This document shows, piece after piece, positions 24,463-38,411 of a stretch of DNA of 64,000 nucleotides. A program made the translations under genes and the position numbers. The notes below the pieces were generated by a model that was given only the letters and a program-made list of their open reading frames with translations, was not told the DNA's origin and made no database searches. Location of the stretch: the NCBI GenBank assembly GCA_003427395.1, contig BFEA01000004.1:7422171-7486170 (forward strand), given 5' to 3'. The DNA is from Chara braunii. Taxonomy: Eukaryota; Plantae; Charophyceae. Position 1 is the stretch's first letter, and every line of letters starts with the position of its first letter.

Positions 24463-25797
24463 GTACGGCAACTTCAACCAAAAAAGAAAATCGCGGCTGG
24501 ACTAACAAAATTCAAAACCAGAAATAGGAGAGGCAACCACTACGCAAGTTAACCAGTTATTCTGCTATTCTGACTGGGAGCCTTACCCAGCTTCGCTTAA
24601 AGATATTACAGAAAAGAGGACAGTTCTCAGACTACTTCCAACGAAGAGACCTTGTTTACATTGGCAGGAGACCATAGCCTAATGTGACTAGCCAAAGAAA
24701 CGACAAATACCCAATGATCTAAAGTAAACTACAGAGTTGTATCTGGAGCAGGTAATTTGTAGAAATCCGAAGGAAGATCCATCAAAACCAAAAGAGAGGC
24801 CCTTCGGACCAGCTAATAGCCGTGTGGAGCCTGGGTTGTCATGACGAGGTTTCCCACCTTGTACCCTTGAGACTCTGTAAGGAGTACCGTATTCCAGGTA
24901 CTCTAGATCTCAATGGGTACAACTTCAGATTTGCTCTTTTATCAGCTAAACGCTAATCGGCCGTGCCCAAGTAGCTCAGCAACGCTGCCACAACCACTAG
25001 TAGGTCTCCCACTACCTCCAGTCGTTCCGTTGCCTGCTATGGACAAGCCCAGTGTAGATACCAAAGGAGAAAAACTTAGCAACGAACTATCAGGTGTATT
25101 ACAAACTAGAGGCAACCAAGCTAAGGAACGAACACCAACAATCTAAGTTTACACCGTAATGAAGCCAAGCAACAGAAGGAACACCCACAATCTAAATTCA
25201 CACCGTAGTGAGGTCAAGCCACAAAAAGAGCACCAACACTTAAGTTCACACCGTAGTGAAGCCAAGAAACAGAAAGAGCACCAAGTTTGGAAACGAGAAG
25301 AGCAGCCAAGATTAGGTTTGAAGTCCCAGAGAGTGGCACAGATGGCTTAAAGAAGGGAAGATAATTTCACGTTTAACGGAACAAGGAAACGACTCAGATA
25401 AGGAGGAGCCGGTATACCTAAAGCAGGGGCGGGTAGATAAAGTGAACGTCTCTATGTGTCATCGTGACCTCCGGTTGAGACTAATGCTCTGCTCCCTTTG
25501 CACTACTGGAAACGCTCCCACGGCCACCAGTGAAACTCCCACTTCCCAAAGGTGACATCGTCCTGTAGAGCTTCAGGTCTTCTCATACTTCGAGTCTTCA
25601 CGCTCTCGGTCTCCCGGTTGAGGTAGTCTCTAGTACTTGGCTTGTGCTCCTCACAACAACAGTCCCACCACTGCCAGTTGCCCTCCCACTGCTCGCAAAA
25701 GTGCCGCTGTCTGACTCACCATTTGCCATGCACTAGACTCACTCTCCCTTCTTCGTGCCGTTGGTCATGTATGTTTCCCAAAAACGGGGTTTATACA
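24462..25797 (-). mobile_element. LTR-like segment
   Basis: tgta...taca termini. The minus-strand start tgtataaaccccgttttt resembles tgtcaggctcccgttttt at 6524. No TSD. Confidence 0.35.
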
Positions 25798-27101
25798 GAG
25801 GTTGCAATCGCCCGAAATTTGACCGTTGAAGGTTGTAGAGGGGGAGACACAGCCCCTTGTCGAGGCTGCGGGAGATGGCCGAACCTCGGGAGTACCGAGT
25901 ACTCCATAGCTCCGTCCCACGCCCCGTAACCCGCGCCTTGCTGCCCACCCGATATCCGGCGGTATCATTGGTAGCGCAGCGCTTCCACGAAGCGCTCCGG
26001 TTCCCACTCTCCTTCCAAAGAGTAATTTGGCGGCAGGAAAGTGAAACGAGGTGGAGACACACCACTCCCCAAATGTGAAAAAGACAAAAATATGGCGGGT
26101 GCATCTGGCCACGTTCTAGGGGGAAGTTCATTCTCAATTTGCACATTTCGAGAGTGTTGTGGCTATGCCCCCGTAGTGCCTCACCATACCGCTCGAGTCC
26201 CCAGTTGTGGAAAAAGACAGAAAACTTGCTGGGCAAAAGACAAAAACCTGCTGGCGTATCTGTTCACCTTCTAGGTCAAGATACACTCGCCATTTCGCCG
26301 ATTTCGGAAATTCGGCGGGTAGTGCAGCCGAATGGCCAAAATGTGACCCTGCCGAGGACATTCCCGCCAAAATCCGGCGGCGAACGGCTGGCATATTCAC
26401 CAAATGTGAAAACGACAAAACTACGGCTGACGTATTCGTCCACTTTCTAGCGGGAAATGGGGCCTCGCTGGACTACTCACCACGTGCACAATAGACAAAA
26501 AATTATGTCCGTGTATCTTTCCATGTCCTACGTGAAGATTCGTTCTCATTTCTCGATCTGGCCAGTAGTGGTGCTGCCGTAGAACTTTCCTGGATGTGTC
26601 TGGCTGCTGTCTCCACTGCGTACTCTCAGAGCATACTCACAGCTTGAACTTGCTGGAATGAGCTGGCGACGTCACTACGGTCAGATACATCCAGGACAGG
26701 ACGTAACTGGGGTCAGATGCATCCAGGAAAGTCCTACCGGTAGTGTGCAAGTATAGGCCCTGAGCGCGATGAGGAGGAATTTTGCGGACAGGACCGAGCG
26801 CGACGAGGTACGAGGTAGACACAAAAAACAACAACAAAGAACCAAAAAAAAAAGACAAGACCACTGCTGCAAAAAAAAGGAAAAAAACAAAAAAAACACC
26901 GCTGCCCCCCTCGAGCGCGGCGGGGAGGAAGACCGAACAACACCTTTGAGTTAAAAAAGAAAAAAGAAAAAAAGGGGACCGAACAACACCGCGGCCGAGA
27001 GGGGGCGGGGGTTACGGGAACCCGCGTGCGGTACATCCTATAGCTGTCCGGAAAAAAAAAGAACCCAACATTTTGAACGCTTTAGCTCCCCACCATGACT
27101 T

Positions 27102-27142
<41 letters not shown>

Positions 27143-27860
27143 CCCATGACTTAGAGTTGTAATGGTCAGAATAGTGCTTTGCCTTTTTGCGGAGATCATA
27201 GAGAATTATATAGCAGTGGATGATTACCTTTTTTTCCTGTTTTTGGAGATTCAGTCGTTGGGGGACATGGGACCCGGGTCTTTCGAGGAAAGGGCCCAGG
27301 CGCAGTTTTGTTACCGGGTTGTTTTGTTGGGGTGTATTCACGGGCCCCTGTCTCTCATCTGCAATAAAAAGTCCTTTTTCTCCAAAAAAAAAAAAAAAAA
27401 AGAGCCCATCTGCTGCCGTAGAGGGAGAGCGTGGGAATGGGCCTCGCTCCGCCTTTAGTCGAACATTCAGTGTACATGCATTTGGAAGAGTTTCCGGACC
27501 GGGTGCATTCGTTGCAGCCCAACATTTTGAACGTATGAGGACAGTGGCGGTGTCCTTCCTAATTCATAGAGTGCTGTGGAATGGAGCGAGGCGCACTACT
27601 GTAGTTCCATATGTATGTTATGGGCCTCCTCGTCACACCACTCTCGAAATGTGAATGTGTCGGGCGCATCTGGCCGTGTTTTAGGAGCAAGTTCATTCTC
27701 TCTTCCCCCATTTCGAGAGTCTTGTGGCGATGCCCTGTATCTCCATATATGCCGTGGCAAAGGGAGGCACAAAAAAAAACAAAAACCCAAAAAAAAACAA
27801 AAAAAGACAAAGGGAAGCACGGAGCCAGTTGGACAAGCCAGCTACATGATCTATCAGTTA

Positions 27861-27984
27861 GGGCCTCGCCACACAGGCTGTCGAAATGTGCAAAACGAGA
27901 ATGAACTTGCCGCAAGAACATGGCCAGATGCACCTGGCACATTTTTGTCGTTTTCACGTTTCGAAAGCCTATGTGGCGAGGCCC
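27861..27984. mobile_element. Tourist-like MITE family A copy
   Basis: gggcctcgccacac...tgtggcgaggccc with TTA TSD. Confidence 0.88.
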
Positions 27985-29002
27985 TTAGGTAGGCAGAAAG
28001 GCAATTCCAGTGTGTAGTTGGTCCAGTGTGTAGTTGGGAATGCACCGGTATCGCCACACCTCGCTCGAAATGTGCAAATCGGAATGAACGTGCCGCTTGA
28101 TCATGGCCAGATGCGCCCTCTACATTTTTGTCTTTTTCACATTTCGAGAGTGGTGTGCCGAGGCCCGTAGTAGGGCCAGCCAGGTGGGAACTACTACAAT
28201 TTTTTTTTCTTTTTTTGTTTTGTTTTGTTTTTTGTTTGGGAGGGGGGGGAACTATTACCATTACTACTAGTGAGGTATCTCAAAGGAGGGCGGTAAGAAG
28301 GACGGTTACCATCACCTGCATTTGCGGGGGCAGGTGCGACACTGTCGGTCGCCCGCATCACCGAAGTTGGCGCACTCTTTTCCGGTGCTTCCACCATTCT
28401 CCCCTAAGCTTTTTCTCCCCAGACTGTTCCATATTCGGGTTCGACTCGTCCGCTTCTTTCTCTGCTGCGATCGTTCGTCGCTCGTGTGGGGCTGCCTTGC
28501 GGTAAGGGGGGGAACGAAACTACGGGGTAGTCTCAATTCCTCTCCTTCCTGTTGCTTGCTACCCGTAGTGCGTAGTTGCTTGAAGGGGGAGGAGGGAGTT
28601 CAATTGTGCGGGGCTGCCTTGCGCGCAGGGCGGGGAAGAGAGAAGACTTCCTGCTCTGACTGAGAGACCGAAAGCGCCATTCTTTTTACCTCCACTGTCT
28701 CCACATCTCTGGCCCGCTCTTTTCCCTCTTCTCCTTCCTGTTTCCCTCTTGTTCCTGCTTCTTCCTGCTTCTTCCTGCTTCTTTCTCTGTCTTCGTTTGC
28801 CGCTTCTCGTTTCTGTGTCTTCGTCGTTCGTCGGCGGCAGGGTGGGGGTTGAGGAGGAAGGGGGGGGCGGGGGCGGGGGCGGGGGCGGGGGGCCAACTCC
28901 AGTCTGGTGGTGATCGAACTGATCTGGTCTGACGGTGAGGGGAGGGAATCTGGGAGAGCGTAGGTCGTACAAGCACTGCAGGGGGTGGCAGCTTTCCAGT
29001 TC

Positions 29003-29006
<4 letters not shown>

Positions 29007-29063
<57 letters not shown>

Positions 29064-29477
29064 NNNNNNNNNNNNNNNNNNNNNNNNNNNNNNNNNNNNN
29101 NNNNNNNNNNNNNNNNNNNNNNNNNNNNNNNNNNNNNNNNNNNNNNNNNNNNNNNNNNNNNNNNNNNNNNNNNNNNNNNNNNNNNNNNNNNNNNNNNNNN
29201 NNNNNNNNNNNNNNNNNNNNNNNNNNNNNNNNNNNNNNNNNNNNNNNNNNNNNNNNNNNNNNNNNNNNNNNNNNNNNNNNNNNNNNNNNNNNNNNNNNNN
29301 NNNNNNNNNNNNNNNNNNNNNNNNNNNNNNNNNNNNNNNNNNNNNNNNNNNNNNNNNNNNNNNNNNNNNNNNNNNNNNNNNNNNNNNNNNNNNNNNNNNN
29401 NNNNNNNNNNNNNNNNNNNNNNNNNNNNNNNNNNNNNNNNNNNNNNNNNNNNNNNNNNNNNNNNNNNATCGGGCAGG

Positions 29478-29557
<80 letters not shown>
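29007..29557. repeat. (GA)n microsatellites around a gap
   Basis: Seen directly. Confidence 0.9.
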
Positions 29558-29563
<6 letters not shown>

Positions 29564-31236
29564 AGCGGTCTAATAGGCCGCTCGGAGGGGTGAGGGAGGG
29601 AGCGAAGGCAGAGTACTTACGCTCAGGTCAGCGAGAGCCTATTGTCGCCAGCCGAGGCTGGGAGACCGGAGAGCGGCTGGAACGTGACAGGAACACGACA
29701 GGAACGCTGCTGATCACCAGCACCCGAAGCCTGGTCGTGGAACCAACAGTAGTAGCAGGACAACACGGCTCCCTTTGTGTCCAGAAGGCTTGGCAACTGG
29801 AGGGAGGACCCTGAGAGTCGTCAAATTACGCAGCTTTTGTAGAGGGATAAACAGAGGTGAGCTCTTCTCCCCCGCAAGTTATGTCTGCTTCCCCCCTCTC
29901 CCTTCCCTCCTGCAAACAGTGTCTGTTTCTCCCTTCTCCCTTCTCCGCCGAGCTTGCGAGGGGCGATCGTTGTCCTGGCACTTGTACGTGGGTGGTGCAG
30001 ACTCTGTTTTTCGTTTTGTTTTTCGGGTGATCCTTTGCATTTGCTTTATACGTCAGGGTAGGAGATGGTCGCCTTGGTGACTTACGTCGTGACTGTCATT
30101 GGGCCTCGCACCAGTGCACAAGTCTTGAGATGTCTCTGGGCATGACAGTGGTTCGAATGCGCTCAGAACGTTGGGTCAAGTCGGATGTACGTTGGTGATG
30201 TTCCCGCCAAGGCCCATAGAGGAGGAGGGATTGCCAGAGGGGGAGGTGCTGCTCGAGCCATATATCTAAATATCTATCTATATATATATAATTTATATAG
30301 AGAAGTTTTTCTGTTTCTTCGGCTGAGCAGTGGGAATGTAATGGCGGTGATGCGACGATGGGGTGATAGTATGCAGGTGTGCGTGAGGGTGCGATGTAGT
30401 GGTCCTTTTTTTCCCCCCCCGAACTTTCGTAGATTTAATTGTGCACATAATTCTCGATATGCCTTCAAGTTGCTCTATCTGTAATTTTCTGTGGCTTTCA
30501 ACCAATAGTTTAATTTGACTTCTCTGTATTTTTGTGTGTTTCTTTGAAGGACGTTGGTTTTCGTTACCTTTTCGAAAGACACTCCGTGATTTTGTGTGTT
30601 CCCTGGCGGATGTTGATATTGGGCCTCGCTCCACTATTCTCGACATGAGCAAAATCCGAAAATCATGGCGGTGTATCTTTCCATGTTCTAGCGGACGATT
30701 CACTCTCATTTTGCACATTTCGAGAGTAGTGGAGCGACGCTCACTGCCACGGGTCCGGCGTGAGATTATAAACCGGAGGGGACGTAGAAAGACTCTCGAG
30801 GGAAAGCGGATTGTAACAAAGGAGGCGGTGGAGGAGCAGGAGGAGGAGGAGGAGGAGGAGGAGGACGGGGCTGACAATATCTATTTGAGGAGGTAAGGAG
30901 GAGGGTGGAGCGGACGAGGAGGATGTAGACATATGGTCACCATTCTGAATCTGTTGTCTAGTTTGGGCTGTGTTAGTCGGTAGTGCTTGGTTGGAATTGG
31001 CATTGAAGGGTTTTTTTTTTTTTTTTTTTTTTTTTTGTATCTACTGATCCGCGATTTTCAGGTCGTCTTTTTCGTGTCGTGAGATGGAAAAACGAAAACT
31101 CTTGTTTTCTCTTTTTCTACGGGATAGAAAAGTTTCAACTTTCTGACTCTTAAGTTGAGCGCAAGGCGAAGGGTGGTAGAGTATCGGCCCTCACTAGTTC
31201 ATGGGTGGTAGAGTACGGTGGGGGTAAGCTTATTAC

Positions 31237-31345
31237 TACCGTGTTCCCTCGAACACAACGCACCCTTAGTTTGGCTGTATCTGGCTGGAAATATAGCTTG
31301 TGTATATTCATTTTTAGGGTGCGTTATGTTCGGGGGAAGACGGTA
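31237..31345. mobile_element. Tc1/mariner-type MITE (TA-CCGT...ACGG-TA), about 109 bp
   Basis: TIR ccgtcttcccccgaaca with TA flanks. Other copies at 52972-53080, 53288-53401, 57047-57155 and 61993-62101. Confidence 0.85.
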
Positions 31346-31520
31346 GTAGTTCGTGAGTGGTCGACGACGGTGGGCTGAAAGGCGAAGGTATGTGGCGAGC
31401 CTCCTTATGAGGCCGTAGCGCACCCAGTTGAAATATGTACACTAGAGGAAAGCGTGCGCGTTTGAGCATTGTACACGCTTGTAAGGAATTGATTTTTTTT
31501 TTTTTTTTTTTTTTTAAATG

Positions 31521-31574
31521 ACTGATTAGAACAGATACTACATTTGATCTTAGCCAAAATGCCGAGAAAGGTAT
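31521..31574 (-). pseudogene. U2: 3'-truncated U2 snRNA retrocopy with poly(A)
   Basis: The minus strand reads atacctttctcggcattttggctaagatcaaatgtagtatctgttctaatcagt, followed by an A-run. Confidence 0.88.
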
Positions 31575-31622
31575 ACGTTGAAATTCTATTGCCTGTGAAG
31601 AGCACTTTGGTCATTGCGTCTA

Positions 31623-31660
<38 letters not shown>

Positions 31661-31876
31661 GTCGTGTTGACCATACAGAACTCGATAATAAAAGCATGGC
31701 CATTGCTTACCTCCTGCTTCTTCTGCAGGTCTTCTGGAAGAGAAAGCTCTATTTATTAAAAAAAAAAAAAAAAAAAACAACTGAAAAAAGAGAGAGAGAA
31801 AGCTCTGAAGGGTCGCGGAAACTTCGCTGTCCGAACATGACCGCGTTGAGTATAGATGTACCAGAAATCAGTTCGT

Positions 31877-32075
31877 ATACCTTTCTCGGCCTTTTGGCTA
31901 AGATCAAGTGTAGTTTCAGTTCTGATCAGTTTAACATCTGATCCGTGGTCCATCGGACCACACGATATTAAATGATTTTTTCTGGGCTAGGGGGGGCTCG
32001 TACGGGTAAGCTTGCTTGCTCGACCCCTTCAGCGTTGCCTCTGTATTGCACTGCAGCAGAGTGCGGCGCGGCCCT
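31877..32075 (+). pseudogene. U2: Full-length U2 snRNA processed pseudogene
   Basis: Plant-type U2 5' end, branch-recognition gtagt, Sm site attttttctg and stem-loop IV attgcac. A-rich tail and 13-bp TSD AGAAATCAGTTCG (31863-31875, 32126-32138). Confidence 0.93.
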
Positions 32076-33813
32076 AAAAAAAAGAAAAAAAAAAAAAGAA
32101 AAAAGAAAAAAGAAAAAAGAAAAAAAGAAATCAGTTCGAATTGACGGGATGTGAATGGGTGTCCTCCGCCCCGCGCATTTACAAGGCATGATAAATGTAT
32201 CTTTCAATGTTCTAGGCCCGCGCTCCACTACTCACCACATGCGCGCAAGACAAAACAAATGGGGGTGTATCTTTCAATGTTTTAGGGGAAGATTCGTTCT
32301 CATTTTGCACATTTGGTGAATGGTGGAGCGACGCCCGTAGGCATGATAAATGTAGGTAGGTCGACCGAAAGCCTAGAATTAAATCGACGATAGTGCCATA
32401 AGAATACCCATCTTCTCTTTATTGGGGGGGAGTGTGGGAGAGTATGTACAATTTAAAATATAGTAATATAGTTAAAGTAAACCAGTTCACCGTGTATTCT
32501 ATATTCGGGGGCCAAGAGGGGGGAAGGAGGGGAAGGGTGGGCGGCGTGGAAGGGGGTTTGGGGATTGTGTGACACGTAGCTTTTTTTTTTTTTTTTTTTT
32601 CCCCCCGGAGACCCGTACCTTCTGCCTATGTGTGCAAACAGGGCGCTATTCTGTTTTGCTAACTTGCTCACTTTTAAGGGCGTCCTCACACATCCGTGGC
32701 ACACTGGCAGAGCAGCAAAATCAGCGGAATTTGCAACCCCGCTTTTGGTGAAGTACTACCCCGCGCGGGAGCAAATTGAAAAGGACAGGATTTACTGACA
32801 ATTGCTGAAATGGTGCATCTTGTGGTCACGCGGAGCGAGGCCCAAATCTTTGAATTTTTTTATTTTTTTTTATTAAAGTTCTAAGATAAATTCGTTTTGT
32901 TTTTCTCCTCTGTGGCTTGGAGCAGTTGATAGAGGCTCCGAATTTCCTTTCACGAAATGGCAAACAAAAAAAAAAAGAAGAATTTGCTACCTCCTCCAGA
33001 GGTGGTACATTCAAAAAAATAAAAATAAAAAGTCATTTTCCGTGGCTCGCCAGGCGGGTGGCATTTGATACCCTGTTTGCTAAACTTTGCTATTTTCCAT
33101 GCCTCGTGCGGAGTCGTGCCACTGGCCCAACCATCAAATATTGGCCATTTTGCGATAAAAGGCCCCTGGTCACTGGCGAGTGTGAGTATGCCCCATTGCC
33201 CCAACTCCGAAAGAATGGGTCTCGCTCCACTACTTACCAGATGTGCAAACGAGAATGATCTTGCGCTAGAACGTTGGAAAGTACATCACCGTAATTTTTA
33301 GTCTGTTGTGCATATGGTGACTCATTGGTGAGCAGTGAGCGAGGCCCGATGTATGTGATCAGACTTGTATTTGGGTTGAACGGGCATTTTACACAATAAG
33401 GATGAGCGGGTGTCTTATTCGGACGCGAAAATGAGGGCGTACTCGCAAGAGGACTTTTTTCTCCACTTGTCTTGTGCACGTAATCGCGGCCACGTGCATC
33501 CACGCGTGGGTCAAAACGCGGCCACGTACATCCAGGGAAGTCCCTAGTGTGACTATGCCCTGGCAGAGTGTGGCAGACCTCGAACGACAGCATTCAAAGG
33601 GCTGGCCTTTGTGAGTTGGGCACGAAGCGCATCCTCATCATGACTGTATGGGACATGAAATATGGGTTGTATGCATTCCTGATGAGGATGTGTTGTGTTC
33701 GGGGGAAGACGTTAATCTGGCTGTCGAACTGGTTTGGTTCTGGTTCGCCGGGTTCAAAACCGGTATATCTGCAATTTGGCCACGATATAATTAGAACCGA
33801 TTAGTTCGCAGTG

Positions 33814-33851
<38 letters not shown>

Positions 33852-34502
33852 TATTTTTGCTTGCAGTTCTCTGCCAGCGACCTGTCTTATTCAGAGTATC
33901 GTCTTCTTCCCCAGTAGAGCGTTCTGTTCAGTGGTTATCGCTGTATCTGAACTGAAATGCAGCTAGAATAAGCAGCTTAGGGCATGGCCACACCACTCTA
34001 GAAATGTGCAAAATGAGAATGAACTTCCCGCTAGAACATGGCCAGATGCACTCGCCACATTTTTGTCTTTTTCACATTTCGAGAGTGGTGTGGCGAGCTA
34101 AACCGGCTGATGCTGCCGGGATAACTCGGGGTTGAATTGTGAGGTCCCTGGCCTCGTGGTAAATGTGGTTTTGGAATATAATAAGATTTGTTTCAAAAAA
34201 AAAAAAAGAAAAAAAAAAGAGTGGTGTGGCGAGGCCCTTACGCTCTATGGGGGGGAAGAAGGTACAGGTACTACTGTTTCGATTAGGAGCATCGCCACAC
34301 CTCTCTCGAAATGTGCAAAATGCGAATGAACTTCTCCCTAGAAAATGGCCAGATGCACCCGCCGCATTTTTGTCTTTTTTCACATTTAGAGAGTGGTGTG
34401 GCGAGGCCGTAGGTCAAGCCCGCTTCAATCCGTTTTTTTGGGCCTCGCACTCATGGGGCAAGTTGTGTCGCAGGGGAATGGTTTTTCGACTCATGGGGCA
34501 AG

Positions 34503-36702
34503 TTGTGTCGTACCTATGGATGGTCTGTTGTGGAATTTGAGGGTAATCTAACAATTTTGAAGAAATTGAAGCACGAATTTTGTACCGGGGGTGTTTTCTG
34601 TTTTCTGCAAATTAAGCGCAGGGGCAGTCTGACCCATCTCAGACGGGATATTTTAGCTACCTTGCTCAAGGTTCCAAGCACCAGCGCCGACTTATGTAAG
34701 ACAGGATTGGGTAGTTTAATTAAATTATATAATTCTATCGAAGGCTTCCACAAGGATCGATCGAAAGCTATCTTGAAAGGGGTTGTTGGGCAAGCTCTCA
34801 CTCGTAAGTGTGGTTTCAGATGTCTATCCCCAATCGTCATACGGGTCCTGTACGACGATTGCATTGTGAAAAGGAAGATAAGTGAGCTTGCCAAGACTGT
34901 CATTCGTAGACGCTGTTTGGACAATGCCCTAACTGATTTTATGATCTCCAGACTGAGGATAGTATGGACAGGAAATAAATCTGTGGGTGATAGACTGCAC
35001 AACCACAGGAAGATGTCGCGTATGGAATCGGGTCAATGTTCCTGCTCTGACTCGTCGGGAGGTCTCCCGAGAGATGACGGGGGTCATGTTGCTTGTCGGT
35101 TCTCTCAGATGGACTGTGTACCCAACTCACTTAAGAATGCCAACAACATTCTGCAACCCAAGATGTCTACGACAAGGGGCAGACTCAAAAGAGCCCTGTC
35201 TGATGGATTAGCCTTGGTTCCCAGCACTGATGATCGGCTGTGTGGGTACACTGCTATCTATTCTTGTTTTTCAGTCAAGACCCGAAACGACTCACGAGGA
35301 ATGGTTGAGCTAGAGGAATGGGAAGAATTGTTGAAAGGGCTGGTAGTAGCACCCTTGGATCACAACTCCGGGGATTCCTACGTTTGTTGTGCTTCCACCT
35401 ACTACAAAGCCCTGGAAGGTTTGTACTGGGGAAGCGAAGGGTTTTGTATGGAGCAGCGGTCAGAAGAAGATATTCTGAGATCCTGTAAAACCAGTTACTA
35501 CGAAATTCAGGCCCAGAGACTGGCTCCCTGGAACAATAAGGAGAGTTTGGGTTTCGCCTACGACATCCCTAAACACAAGGATGTGCAGTGATGGAGACCT
35601 ATAGCACCATCATTCTCCGAACCCAGTGGAAGGGCATGCAAACTTGTTTCAAGAACCATCAACGGGCTTCTGTGGAAGATTCCAGAAGCTTCGCATTTCA
35701 ATTTGAAAAGTACAAACCTACTGAAGAAGCGGATTATCGAACTCAATCGGAAAGTTGCGTGAATGAAGGAAGGATTATTACTGGCGTCAAGCTTTGATAT
35801 TAAGGAGATGTTCACCAAACTACCGCATCTCGAGATCACCAAGGTGGTAGAGTGGTTGTGTGATCTGTTCCTTTCCAAAGGACACAATGCTGCTCGAGTT
35901 AACAAACAAGGCAAAGGGGTTATGTTTGGGAAAGGTTATGGTGAAAAAGGTTGGGTTAGGATAAAATTTTCCCTTCTCATCGACTTTGTCAAGTTCGATC
36001 TACAAAATTCTTTTTCCAAAATCTCGTCTCTCATCATCCGACAGACTGTAGGTATTCATTCCCATGGGAAAAAGCTCAAGTCCCTCCCTCGCTTGCCTAC
36101 TCTGCGCTCACCTTGAATTCTGCTTCCTCAACTCTCTTGGAAAAGATCGTCGTTTGGTAGCCGGTTGTAGGCTTGTAGATGATGTAGCGCTATTCCTTGT
36201 CCTCCAAAAATCTTCCCAGGCAATTCTAGACAAAACCAGGAATATCTTCTCCAAATTTCGTCTCATCTATAGTACCAATCTTACTTTAGTACGAACAGAC
36301 GAGCGAGAAGGGGGTTTTGAATTTCTGGGATGCAAGGTAATCACTCAAGTGCACCCGCCCATGGCCCGCTGTGAGGCCCTGATGAAGAATCAGAATGACA
36401 TCTGGGACAGAGGCAAGATCACATTCCAGTCCACACAAGATTACTGGTCGTATGGACCCAAGGTACAGAAGAATGGTGTTATCAAATGCCATCTCAGTCG
36501 GATTTTGGCCCACTCCTCTGATGCCAGAGGAGTGGGCCAGTGCTTGTTGTCTTTAAAGCGCGAACTTAGGCTGAAACGCTTTCCCAGTTGGATGTTCATG
36601 AAAGCATTGGTTGATTTCTCAGCGATGAATGAGGGATGCTGGGAAGGATGGGTACGGTTTTTCAGAGAAGGTTTGGAAAAACGAGGCAAGTATTACGGGT
36701 AG
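34503..36702 (+). mobile_element. Penelope-like element RT ORF (5'-truncated, disrupted)
   Basis: YDIPKHKD..RPIAP, FDIKEMFTKLPH, QTVGI..MGKSSSPSLA, RLVDDV, FEFLG. No C-terminal GIY-YIG before the stop. One stop and one frameshift. Confidence 0.8.
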
Positions 36703-37380
36703 AAAGACTACTGGGCCTAGTATTTTGTCCTATCCAGTGCCCTGCCGATTTGTCGGCGCTCGTATCTCCCGACTGTACACGAGATTTCTGGTAGCTTCCC
36801 TTTTCGATCTACCTGGCCCTCAATCTCCGATCTGGACTTCGTCTCTATTAGTCTTCTCGTACAGACGTCACGTAGGAGGAAAACAAGCGAGATCCGAATC
36901 TCCCTCAACTATCGTCTTTTTTCTCCCGCCACGACCCTTCATCCCGTCCGTTTCTTGGCATATACCTGCTTTCTCACACCTGCGCTCGGCACTGCCTACT
37001 GTTCAATGCTGCCTGTCTCCCACCTCTGCCACGAACCCGTCTCTTCCCCCTTTTTGAGTCAGCAATCCTGGCTGTAGAGCAGCGAACTTCGATTCCCACT
37101 TTTCCCGCCTATCTATCTCCTTCTGTCACATCCCGCCCTTTCCCACATCTAATCTCCCATCCCGCTCCTGCCTGCCGCTCGCTCCCGTTTCTTTTTCCCG
37201 CCTTTTCTTTCCCGCCGTCCTATCTCACTGGATTTTTTTCAATTCTCAGACAAACGGACGAATGGACCACGACGCCTCGAGTCCCATGAGAAGTAGTGAA
37301 CTTTCCGAACGCAAAGGTTCTTCACTAGAGGATAACTTTAGTACTTAAGCAGCTATGACGACCAACCCAGCAAGCGCAAT

Positions 37381-37432
37381 TATCCCCTGAGGATGGCCAC
37401 TTCGGCGAGGTGGCCGAAACATGTCGGGAGTA
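37381..37432 (+). ncRNA. Minimal type I hammerhead ribozyme (PLE pseudo-LTR type)
   Basis: UCCC-CUGAGGA-U-GGCCACUU(CGGCG)AGGUGGCC-GAAACAUGUC-GGGA, with palindromic stem III ACAUGU. Confidence 0.85.
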
Positions 37433-37850
37433 TCGCCGACCTCGCTCCGTGTTTTTTCATGATTATATTTTTCTGAAGCGAGGTTACTTTGCGCTATGTA
37501 CGAGTTGGTTCTCGCTCCGCCCGTTTTTTCCTTCTCTCTCTCACTTTCTCCTTCGCTCTCTCTCTCTCTCGCTCTCTCTCTCTCTTTTTCTCATGAGTCA
37601 TACAGTTGCTTGGAATTCACGAACCTCCATCTGACGCACATCCGAGCCTTGTGCTCTACAGTCGCGTTTTTATGTCATCGACTTCCACGTCTCGCACTCA
37701 CCACATGCACAAAAGACAAAAAATATGGTGGTGCATCTTCCCATGTTCTAGGAGAGGATTCATTCTTATTTTGCACATCTGGTAAGAGGTGGAGCCAGAC
37801 CCTTTTCGTTGTTCTTCGTCTCGAAATAACTACGGTCAAATACACTCCAG

Positions 37851-37889
<39 letters not shown>

Positions 37890-38272
37890 TTCGTCAAATC
37901 CCGGGAATCGGACGAGAAGTCACCGGTCAAGCCCCATGCTGAAAACGAAACCCCGAAAGTATTTTTATTGTTATTTTTTCCCGTTTGACTCCGGTTTAGC
38001 TCCTTATATTCTTTCTAAGGGTTAATTTCAAAAATATTGCTGTTTCGAAGTTTGGCAGCAAAAATGTCGTCCGTTCGAAGTTGGGTTAATTGCAAAATTA
38101 GAGGTTTCGTTGCAGCTTTCTCGGGTTTCCGTAGTTTGCCAGCAAAAATACCGCGTTTTGCCAAGTTTCACAGCGAAGGACCCCTAGCCCCCTCGCCTCA
38201 GCGTTCCGGCCTCAGGCACTCAGCTTTTCTTCTTCTTCTTCCTTTTTTTTTTTTTTTTTTTTTTTTTTTTGA

Positions 38273-38411
38273 GGCCGTGGCCGAGGCATCTCGGCAATGG
38301 GCACGGCCAGATGCGTCGGCCGTGGCCGAGGCATCTCGGCAATGGGCACGGCCAGATGCGTCGGCCGTGGCCGAGGCATCTCGGCAATGGGCACGGCCAG
38401 ATGCGTCGGCC
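38273..38411. repeat. 45-bp tandem repeat x3
   Basis: ggccgtggccgaggcatctcggcaatgggcacggccagatgcgtc repeated. Confidence 0.92.

Noticed and set aside
31877-32075. Functional U2 gene
   Set aside because: Poly(A) tail, 13-bp TSD, no recognisable USE/TATA, and substitutions near the branch-recognition region indicate a retrocopy.
33525-33560. 5S rRNA-like fragments (also about 5143-5166 and 31145-31180)
   Set aside because: The matches are too short and gapped to support.
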